Source: Podarcis muralis
Lineage: Eukaryota
Length of the DNA stretch: 64,000 nt
Assembly: GCF_964188315.1 (NCBI RefSeq)
Contig: NC_135667.1
Location: 5,828,001 to 5,892,000 of the forward strand
Direction of reading: 5' to 3'
The notes beneath the pieces are model-generated. The model was not told the origin of the DNA and made no database searches. It saw only the letters and a program-made list of their open reading frames with translations. Below are positions 49,401 to 59,085 of the stretch, in pieces (the first letter of the stretch is position 1; each line of letters begins with the position of its first letter). The translations under genes and the position numbers were made by a program.

Positions 49401-52400
49401 TGGGGGATTTGCTTGCAGGTATGAGCAAAAACTGAGCAGCCGATGGATCATGTCTCCCTGGAGCCAAACAGTGAATCTCACAGGTGAGCCATGCCCCAAT
49501 ATTTCACAAATATTAATTCATAACAATCCAAATGGGACCCCTGTCCATTAGGTCCAGTCGCGGACGACTCAGGAGTTGCAGCGCTCATCTTGCTTTATTG
49601 GCCGAGGGAGCCGGTGTACAGCTTCCGGGTCATGTGGCCAGCATGACTAAGCAGCTTCTGGCAAACCAGAGCAGCGCACGGAAACGCCGTTTACCTTCCC
49701 GCCGGAGTGGTACCTATTTATCTACTTGCACTTTGACGTGCTTTTGAACTGCTAGGTTGGCAGGAGCTGGGACCGAGCAATGGGAGCTCACCCCGTCGCG
49801 GGGATTCGAACCGCCAACCTTCTGATCGGCAAGCCCTAGGCTCTGTGGTTTAACCCACACACAGTCAAGCATTAATACTACTCATGAGTAGGAAACCATG
49901 CAAGGGGCCTGGGGGCATGCTGGAAAGTACTGACACATCACCCTCATACCAGTTGGTACTTCTTTTATAACTATTTTTATTGGTTTTACAATTTGGTTTT
50001 ACATTCACAGAAAAAATCCAATAAAAATACAGAATTCTCAGACTTCCACCCTCCCTTTTGTGGGGTCCACAAATAACCCTTTTTTACTGCAAATCATATT
50101 ATCCTCCATAAAACTCTATTTTCTCCTATATTTCTTTTCACATTGCAAGTGTTATTTCAATCTTGGTAATGTTTTTAACAGTTTACAGTGTTCTGTCAAA
50201 GATGTTACAATTTCCCCCCAGTCCTTATTAAAAAATATATAGCCCTGAAAAAATATGGAACGCTTCACTCATTTACGTGACATCCTTGCGCAGTGGCCAT
50301 GCTAATTTTCCCTGTATCATTCCAATTTTAGTACATGTGTTGCGGAAGGGGTCACCACCCTCATACCATTGACAGATGGTGAAGGTCTGAAGTGGGGAGA
50401 CCCCTCTATGGTACCAGTGGAGACTCCTAGGGCAATTTAGGGGATGTGATGGCTTACACATGACATGAGTAGTACAGATCCTCAAACAGGGATCAAGAGT
50501 TTAGGCAGCTAACATTTTCCTTCCCGGACACTGCACATTTCCCCTGAATATTGTGCAACAGATGCTCCTGATCTTCTCCTCTCCTCTCCCCTCCTGAAGT
50601 CCAAGTGGGGAATTCATGAACCCACAACTCTCTGTTGGCAACCCTGCCTGGATGAACCCGATTTAGTTATGGCTTGCCCCTTAAAACCTCCGTGAGCCAC
50701 AGACTCCAAATCACTTAGCCATTTTATTCATTTTCTTTTACGGACAGCTCCTGTAGCTCCTGTAGCCAGTGTGTTGTAATGGTTAAGAGTGGTAGACTCG
50801 TAATCTGATGAACTGGGTTCGCGTCTCTGCTCCTCCACATGCAGCTGCCCCACTCACCTCACAGAGTGTTTGTGGTGGGGGAGGAAGGGAAAGGGAGAAT
50901 GTTAGCTGCTTTGAGACTCCTTCGGGTATTGATAAAGTGGGATATCACATCCAAACTCTTCTTCTTCTTCTTCCTCCTGCCAGGGATTGAATCTCCCTGC
51001 CAGGGTTTGAATTTAGGACAAGCAGATAGATGGTCTGACATTGAGCAACAGCTTTTCCTCATCTTGTGGTCCCTCCTAACACCCTCTCCTTTATGGACAG
51101 CTCCTGTAGCTCCTCCTCCTGCCCCGGTGCTGACAGTGGACCCTCCGTCTGGAGTGGTGAAGGAAGGGGGATTCCTGCGCCTCACTTGCTCGGCCTTTGG
51201 CAGCGACGCAGAGCAAAGGTTCCATTTCTACAAGGATGGGGTCAAGATTTCCTCCAGCAGTGAAGAGTCTCTGGCGGACTCCGGAGAACCCAGGAATGCC
51301 TTCTCGGGCGCCTCTGCAAACATCCTGGTCCAAGTCACAGCCAGCATCCACACTGGGGGATTTGCTTGCAGGTATGAGCAGAAACTGAGCAGCCGATGGA
51401 TCATGTCTCCCTGGAGCCAAACGGTGAATCTCACAGGTGAGCCATGCCCCAATATTTTACAAATATTAATTCATTTCAATCCAAATGGGACCCCTGACCA
51501 TTAGGTCCAGTGGTGGCCGACTCTGGGCTTGCGGCGCTCATCTCGCTTTACTGGCCGAGGGAGCAGCTTCCGGGTCATGTGGCCAGCATGACTAAGCCGC
51601 TTCTGGTGAACCAGAGCAGCGCACGGAAACGCCGTTTACCTTCCTGCCAGAGCGGTACCTATTTATCTACTTGCACTGCCATGCTTTCGAACTGCTAGGT
51701 TGGCAGGAGCAGGGACCGAGCAACGGGAGCTCACCCCGTTACGGGGATTCAAACCGCTGACCTTCTGATTGGCATGCCCTAGGCTCTGTGGTTTAACCCA
51801 CAGCGCCACCCACGTCCCTTGACATGAGTAGTGCAGATCCCCAAACGGGGATTAAGAGTTTAGCCCGCTAACCTTTACCTTCCCGGACACTGCACATTTC
51901 CCCTGAATGTTGCGCAACACAGGCTCCTGATCTTCTACTCTCCCCTCCTGAAGTCCAAGTGGGGAATTCATGAACCCACGACTCTCTGTTGACAACTGTG
52001 CCTGGATGAACCCAATTTAGTTATGGCTTGCCCCTTAAAACCTCCGTGAGCCACAGACTCCTAATCACTTAGCCATTGTATTCATTTTCCTTTATGGACG
52101 GCTCCTGTAGCTCCTCCTCCTGCCCCGGTGCTGACAGTGGATCCTCCGTCTGGAGTGGTGAACGAAGGGGGATTCCTGCGCCTCACTTGCTCGGCCTTTG
52201 GCAGCGACGCAGAGCAAAGGTTCCATTTCTACAAGGATGGGGTCAAGATTTCCTCCAGCAGTGAAGAGTCTCTGGCGGACTCCGGAGAACCCAGGAATGC
52301 CTTCTTGAACGTCTCTGCAAACATCCTGGTCCAAGTCACAGCCAGCATCTACACTGGGGGATTTGCTTGCAGGTATGAGCAGAAACTCAGCAGCCGATGG

Positions 52401-55400
52401 ATCATGTCTCCCTGGAGCCCAACAGTGAATGTCACAGGTGAGCCATGCCCTAATATTTTACAAACATTAATTCATTTCAATCCAAATGGGACCCCTGACC
52501 ATTAGGTCCAGTGGTGGCCGACTCTGGGCTTGCGGCGCTCATCTCGCTTTACTGGCCGAGGGAGCAGATTCCGGGTCGTGTGGCCAGCATAACTAAGCCG
52601 CTTCTGGTGAACCAGAGCAGTGCACGGAAACGCCGTTTACCTTCCCGCCAGAGCGGTACCTATTTATCTACTTGCACTGCCATGCTTTCGAACTGCTAGG
52701 TTGGCAGGATCAGGGACCGAGCAATGGGAGCTCACCCCATCACGGGGATTCAAACCGCTGACCTTCTGATCGGCATGCCCTAGGCTCTGTGGTTTAACCC
52801 ACAGCGCCACCCGCGTCCCTTGACATGAGTAGTACAGATCCCCAAAGGGGATTAAGAGTTTAGCCCGCTAACATTTACCTTCCCGGACACTGCACATTTC
52901 CCCTGAATGTTGCGCAACACATGCTGCTGATCTTCTCCTCTCCCCTCCTGAAGTCCAAGTGGGGAATTCATGAACCCACGACTCTCTGTTGACAACTGTG
53001 CCTGTATGAACCCGATTTAGTTATGGCTTGCCCCTTAAAACCTCCGTGAGCCACAGACTCCTAATCACTTAGCCATTGTACTCATTTTCCTTTACGGACG
53101 GCTCCTGTAGCTCCTCCTCCTGCCCCGGTGCTGACAGTGGATCCTCCGTCTGGAGTGGTGAATGAAGGGGGATTCCTGCGCCTCACTTGCTCGGCCTTTG
53201 GCAGCGACGCAGAGCAAAGGTTCCATTTCTACAAGGATGGGGTCAAGATTTCCTCCAGCAGTGAAGAGTCTCTGGCGGACTCCGGAGAACCCAGGAATGC
53301 CTTCTCAAACGCCTCTGCAAACATCCTGGTCCAAGTCACAGCCAGCATCCACACTGGGGGATTTGCTTGCAGGTATGAGCAGAAACTGAGCAGCCGATGG
53401 ATCATGTCTCCCTGGAGCCAAACGGTGAATGTCACAGGTGAGCCATGCCCCAATATTTTACAAATATTAATTCATAACAAACCAAATTACATACCCATAA
53501 TTAGAGATTTCTCCAAATTTCTGGATTTTCCATCTTCCCCTCCGTGGGTCCTATTGTACACCCTCTTAACTGCATATTTTTCCACAATCCGTATTTTATA
53601 TCTTCCCATCTTGTCCATAATATTAGTTACATTGCAAGTGTTATTAAAATCCTGCTAGGGTTTTCACCTGTTACAGTGATCACCTAGATAAATTATAAAT
53701 TTCCCCCTTTCTTTATTGAAGTTTAGTTCTCCTTGGTTCCTGAGTCTTCCAGTCAGTTTTGCCATTTCGGCATAGTCCAACAGTTTTATTTGCCTTTCTT
53801 CTCTGGTAGGGACACAATTTTCTTTCCATCTCTAGGCTAGCAGCATCCATGTGGCTGTTGTCGCATACATATAATGTCTTTTCTGTTCCTTTGGTATATC
53901 GGTATACCAATATACTGATATGTTTTTAACTTCACTGAATTACTGTTACTGCGTCTTCAACAACAACGGCTGCAATGGAGTCTCTCCTCCCTTTATTCGT
54001 GTTGTTGTTGTTGTTGTTGTTGAGTCGTTTTGTCGTGTTGGACTCTTCGTGACCCCCTGGACCAGAGCACACCAGGCCCTCCTGTCTTCCACTACCTCCC
54101 GCAGTTTGGTCAAACGCATGCTGGTAGCTCCGAGAACACTGTCCAACCATCTCGTCCTCTGCCGTCCCCTTCTCCTTGTGCCCTCCATCTTTCCCAACAT
54201 CAGGGTCTTTTCCAGGGAGTTTTCTCTTCCAATGAGGTGGCCAAAGTATTGGAGCCTCAGCTTCAGGATCTGTCCTTCCAGTGAGCACTCAGGGCTGATT
54301 TCCTTCAGAATGGATACATTTGATCTTCTTCCAGTCCATGGGACTCTCAAGAGTCTCCTCCAGCACCAGAATTCAAAAGCATCCATTCTTCGGCGATCAG
54401 CCTTCTTTATGGTCCAGCTCTCACTTCCATACATCACTACTGGGAAAACCATGGCTTTAACTATATGGATCTTTGTTGCCAAGGTGATGTCTCTGCTTTT
54501 TAAGATGCTGTCTACGTTTGTCACTGCTTTTCTCCCAAGGAGCAGGCGTCTTTTAATTTCGTGACTGCTGTCAGCATCTGCAGTGATCATGGAGCCCAAG
54601 AAAGTGAAATCTCTCACTGCCTCCATTTCTTCCCCTTATATTTGCCAGGACCCCTTATTCATACCAACAGCCAAATCCCCTTCTTTCCTTTCTGCAGTTT
54701 GGGCACCAAATTGCTCTTCGTCACCCCTGCTATATGCACGCTGGGCGATTCCACTGGTGATCCTGATGGTCCCTCTTGCTTTTTACTGCACGAGAAGAAA
54801 GAGAGGTAGGTGATGCTGGAGACTGTGGGCCTCTCATATCATTGGCCCAGTATACCTGAAGGAGCAACTCCACCTCCATCACTCAGCCCAGACACTGAGG
54901 TCCAGCTCCGAGGGCCTTCTGGTGGTTCACTCCCTGCGAGAAGCCAAGTTACAGGAAACCAGGCAGAGGGCCTTCTCGGTGGTGGCACCCACCCTCTGGA
55001 ACGTCCTCCCATCAGATGTCAAGGAAATAAACTACTATCTGAATTTTAGAAGGCATCTGAAGGCAGCCCTGTTTAGGGAAGTTTTTGATGTTTGATCATG
55101 TTTTTAATATTCTGTTGGAAGCCACCCAGAGTGGCTGGGTAACCCAAAAGGTGGGCAGGGTATACATAAATTATTATTATCATTATTATTATTACTACTA
55201 CTACTACTACTACTACCTATGTATGTAGAAGCCTGCTTAAGATCTTTAGGGGATAATGCTCCTCTCTGTGTCGTGAGAGTGGTGGCCGTGAGAGCAGTGT
55301 TGGTTAAAAGCAACAAAACCAAGCATTTGTTTTGTCTTCCTTCGTATTGGATGTGGTTAGGGTGTGGGAGGGAGCCTTGCCTGTGTCTGTCCTGTGGAAC

Positions 55401-56929
55401 TACCAGCCTCAAGAGGTTTGTTTTCAGGTCTCACCACCTTTCTTCTCTTTTCTCTTTTCATTTCCACTTTGGAAGCGTTGAAATCTGAGCAGGAAAACAA
55501 GGAAGAAGCAAATTCTGAGTATGTTGAAATGTTCAGCGCCACTAGGAAGCCTCAGAGGTAACGGCAACTAATGCTAGTATAACACTGATGTGATGTGTGT
55601 GTGTCTTCATAATTTCTTATTTATTTAAAGCATTTCTTCCAAAAAGTGGCTGACCAAAATAACAATGGTGGTGGCACAAAAGGAGGAAGGGAGGAGCGAA
55701 ATAGCCAGCTCAGGCAGCAGTTCAGTTCTTAAAGTTTTGAACATAGTTGGAGGCGAAGAGCACCCACAAACCATGCAAGGAGTTTCCAGAGGGGAGGAAA
55801 ACTTGAACCCAGAGCCTGGCAACCTGGAAATGCAGGAGAGACTTATCAGTCAAGAGAGGGACAACGTCCTGTTGGCTGGGAGATAAAAGGGTGAAAGGAG
55901 ACTGGAGGAACAGGCAGCGGGGGGTGTCCCAGGCTGAAAAAGGAGCCAGAGACCCCACAGGAAGAAGCATAGAATTGTAGAATTGGAAGGGACCCGGTGG
56001 ATCATCTAGTCCAGCCCCCTGCAATGCAGGAATATTCAGCTGCCCCTTACGGGGATCAAACCTGCAACCTTGGCATCATCAGCACCACGCTCTAGCCAAC
56101 TGAGCTATCCAGGAAGAAGGACCAAAAGGACAAGTTTGGGGGTTTCAGATAAGGAGGGGGAAATGATTGGCATGTTGGAGAGAAGGGAAGATGTCTGAAA
56201 GAGATGGGGTGGCTGGGACAGGGATAGAGCGATGGGGCAGGGAAAGGTGGAGGCAGAAGGGGAGAAGGGAGCAGATTCGTTGAGTTGCTTGACCACTCAC
56301 CTTTGCCAAGAGCTGCTGTGTGTATTCTCTGTGTAAAAAAACTGGGAGAGAAATTGTGGAACCATTTAAAAACGAACCTTTGATAATACATTAACTGGCT
56401 CCCTCCCCCACAATCTCTATTTAAGGAAATAGAAACTGAGCTATGGAATTGGCTGCTACAGGATGTGGTTTAGATGCCCTTTGAAAAGAGGTACATTTGT
56501 GAAGAATATTCTGCCAAAGCATTTTAGTCATGACAGCTAAATAGGTCTTCACTGTGCAGAAGCAGTCTACCTCTGAATTGCTGTGCACTGGAGATAAGGA
56601 AAAGAGGAGGGTGGCCTGTTTGTGAGTTGCCCAGGAGTGTCCAGCTGGCTGCTGTCAAAACTTGATGATGCGAACCTTCAATTTGCTCCCAACAGCCTTG
56701 GGGGGATCATCATTCTTTGAACATGTCCCTCAATTTCCTTCTCCTTTTCAGGACTCAGATGCCTTTTACTGCCTTGCCGCCCCCTGCTCTGCCTCAGCCC
56801 CCAATATCGCAATTATGGATGGAGAGCGGAGCCAAACTGGCCGAAGACCAGGAGGAAGGTCTCTACAACTACATTCCCCTTCAGGGCAAGAAGAGAGCAG
56901 ACCGATACAGAGATTCTGAAGAAGAATGA
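46418..56929 (+). CDS. Ig-superfamily receptor 'gene C' (5 Ig, TM Arg, YxxM / Pro-rich / YxxI tail; 678 aa if all exons are used)
   Basis: Exons 46418-46442, 46531-46569, 47103-47399, 49157-49483, 51110-51436, 52111-52437, 53111-53437, 54698-54805, 55476-55557, 56752-56929 (2037 nt, open). Signal MKSAALVTVCLQILIGRSVQA; TM LLYARWAIPLVILMVPLAFYC; last-exon choice less certain. Confidence 0.78.
46641..46946 (+). mobile_element. L2 LINE internal fragment
   Basis: GWMAANRLRLNPDKTEVLF...LGVILDSQLSMEAQVNSV. Confidence 0.85.
47716..48241 (+). mobile_element. Penelope-like element remnant (GIY-YIG end + pseudo-LTR)
   Basis: KPVGEHFNLPGHSIQDLKVAVL...GLNKDIGFLSHYT*; flanked by direct repeat tcaaacatgaat (47704-47715, 48242-48253). 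Confidence 0.85.
48150..48187 (+). ncRNA. minimal type-I hammerhead ribozyme motif of the Penelope pseudo-LTR
   Basis: GTAT-CTGAAGA-A-GTGTGCATGCACAC-GAAA-GC-TC-ATAC: conserved core, stem II GTGTG/CACAC, stem I GTAT/ATAC. Confidence 0.75.
48652..48738 (-). pseudogene. RNU6: U6 snRNA retrocopy (5'-truncated), duplicate of the U6/L1 chimera
   Basis: aaaatatggaacgcttcacaaatttgcgtgtcatccttgcacaggggccatgctaat = reverse complement of U6; local ~50-bp tandem duplication at 48594-48633. Confidence 0.88.
49952..50355 (-). pseudogene. RNU6: U6 snRNA / L1 3'-end chimeric retrocopy (U6 part 50248-50355)
   Basis: Full-length diverged U6 joined at its T-tract to an L1 ORF2 end (NKDWGEIVTSLTEHCKLLKTLPRLK*) and 3'UTR; 13-bp repeat caccctcatacca at 49939-49951 and 50356-50368; no upstream TATA/PSE. 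Confidence 0.82.
50764..50972 (+). mobile_element. tRNA-derived CORE/MIR-like SINE
   Basis: A-box gtgttgtaatggttaagagt, B-box ctgggttcgcgtc, actcacctcacagagtgtttgt core, (CTT)n tail. Confidence 0.7.
53470..53915 (-). mobile_element. L1 LINE 3' fragment
   Basis: Homologous to 40010-40600 on minus strand. Confidence 0.7.
53999..54650 (-). mobile_element. BovB LINE, 5'-truncated
   Basis: ORF 53946-54626 EAVRDFTFLGSMITAD...GVTKSPTRQND; (CAA)n tail. Confidence 0.92.
54832..55215 (+). mobile_element. L2 LINE 3' fragment
   Basis: gaggtccagctccgagggccttctgg...ccacccagagtggctgg with (TTA/CTA)n tail. Confidence 0.82.
55968..56110 (-). mobile_element. Squam3-like tRNA-derived SINE with CR1-type tail
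   Basis: Reverse complement GGATAGCTCAGTTGGCTAGAGCGTGG...GGTTTGATCCCC...ATTCTACAATTCTATG. Confidence 0.75.
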
Positions 56930-58179
56930 GCCATCGGGGAGATTAAAATATTCAGATGGGGATTTATGACCAGGGAGATGGGGTGGAAGGGGTCAGGGGA
57001 GAGGGCAGTGTTCTGCCTTCCCCTGCCTATTCCAGCAAACGGCTTGGCTCACTTTCTGCAGCTCTTTCCTCAAGAGTCTGTCTGTCTAAAATACTTTGCC
57101 CTGTTGCCCAAGGGTGCCTCTAAGCGGCAGGATTTGCCCAGTTAGCTGCTGTTCCTCTCCCTAGATCAGGGATGGGGAACTTGTGGCTCCCTCGATGATC
57201 TTGGGATCCAGCTCCCATCAGCCCCAGCCAACATGGTCTGTGCTCAAGGGATGGTGGGAATGGTTGATGCTGTTGTCTATGCTCTGGTATCCTCAAGGTT
57301 AGATTACTGCAATGCGTTATTTGTAGGGCTGCCTCTGAAGACGGTTTGGAAACTTCAGCTGGTGCAGAATTCAGCGGCCAGGTTGCTCACTGGAACAAGA
57401 GGGTTTGAACATATTGCATCAATCCTGGTCTGATTGCACCGGATTCCGATTACAGGGAATGACAAGACAAACTGTTAGAGTATATTGAACAGGCTAGATT
57501 AACAGAGGCAATTAGAGATCACCGTTTCGAAAAACATGGGGAAAATGCAGAGAATACTTCACAAAACAGTGCCCTAAAAGACATACCTGGACTTGTTTCA
57601 ATTAATGTCTGCAGGAGACTTTGTGGATATTTAAGTTACAATTAGAAAAATCTTAATAATTATTCATAAAGGAAACAGCTTATAAGAAGTAAATAAGGAG
57701 GCCAGATACAGGATAAAGGAAGTCTTTTATTTGTATTGTTGTATGTTATGCTTATTGTATGTTATGTTCATGTTTAATGAGGGTGGATTTCTGTATTGGG
57801 GGGCAGGGGGTTTATGTTATGTTGTAAATAAAATTTCCAATAAAAATTTAAAAAAAATAGAAAAAATAAAGCATGCCCAGCGCACATCACTTCTCCCAAA
57901 GTCCGTCAACATGGACAGATTCTCCCCTCGCTGTGTGTGAGGTTTGGTTTAAACTGGAGAGAACGGCAGGCCTTGAAGCTGTGTGGCTGTGCACTAAGAA
58001 AAAAAGCAGCACTTCCTCACTTGGTAGACCACACTGGCCACGTCCCCAGATTCCTCTCTTCTCAGAAGAACAAAACAAAACCACGGCTCCCTCCACAGCT
58101 CCCCTCTAGTAATATCAGACTGCTGCGCGCCCTGCCTCTTGCATCAACTTTCAAAGGAACAATTGGGGTTTTGCCCATT

Positions 58180-58750
58180 GGCATTGTAAAAGAGTATTGG
58201 GAAATGATCCATAATGAATTGAAGAAGAAAAAAATTAAAAGTACTTTCCCTCCAAAACCAGAATCCTTTCTGTTGGGGATAATTCAGACTGAAATTCCCA
58301 GGTGTCAAAAAAGGTTATTTATGTATGCCACTACTGCAGCCTATGTTTTGTTAACCCAAAAATGGAAAACGAGCGAGATCCCAACTAAAGAAGAATGGCA
58401 ACTTAAGTTGATAGAATATGCACAACTCACAGACTTAACATATGGAATGAGAGAACAAGAATAACATACGTTTAGAGAAGATTGGGAAACATTTATTGAA
58501 TATATGGGAAATAATTGTGTATAGCTGAAAACGCTGGCAGCATTAAGATAAATTCAACAGTGTAAACAAGTTTTGATGGATGCAGTAATGGAATACTAAA
58601 TGGCATAGTTTTTGCAAAATCTGCAGGGATTTATAATATGTAAAATGAACCATGGAAAGAGAAGAAGGGAAGTCATTGATATCTTAAGGATGTAAAATGA
58701 ATATTTTAAATTGTAAAACAGAAAACGTAATAAAAATGATATAAAAAAAA
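58180..58750 (+). mobile_element. L1 LINE 3' fragment
   Basis: KEYWEMIHNELKK...PESFLLG...LFMYATTAA..LLTQKWK. Confidence 0.82.
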
Positions 58751-59085
58751 AGAAAAGAGAAAGTGACGGCCTTCGAGATTCACGCTAATTTTGCAGTTCT
58801 CCAGCTGAGCAACATGTTCAAAAATGCACACTTAAGGTAAAGTGTGCATTTATTGGTGAAAATAGCATGCAGGGACACGTTACGATCAGGGGAAATTGCT
58901 TTGCAAGGATGTGCAGAAAATGCAAAATTGCACAGGCAAGTATGTATGCTAGGAGATATTCTTTCTAAGATGCTGCTGAGTTTTTATGAGAATTGAAAAA
59001 TAAATAAATCACAAACTGATGTGTCAGTGTGGAGAACTGAGAGTGGGAAAAGGAGAGACTGAAAGGGACAAATCCACCCATTGCT

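Larger units (their letters stand above)
48250..53470 (+). repeat. tandem segmental array of four 327-nt Ig exons with co-duplicated introns and Sauria SINEs (48739-48864, 49534-49858, 51487-51818, 52488-52819)
   Basis: Exon starts 49157, 51110, 52111, 53111 (spacing 1953, 1001, 1000 bp); near-identical intron sequence. Confidence 0.95.

Noticed and set aside
50248-50355. Functional U6 snRNA gene
   Set aside because: Multiple substitutions in conserved U6 positions, no upstream TATA/PSE, fused to an L1 tail with TSD.
48250-53470. Ig exon array as a pure assembly artefact
   Set aside because: Copies carry distinct, patterned substitutions and different insertions (SINE deletion, MIR-like SINE, U6 state); exact copy number still needs long reads.
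54620-54697. BovB-derived acceptor (tttgccag/ga at 54648) as the 3' splice site of the gene C TM exon
   Set aside because: After a phase-1 exon it reads in the wrong frame (GPLIHTN...), missing the TM; the native acceptor at 54697 gives the correct frame.
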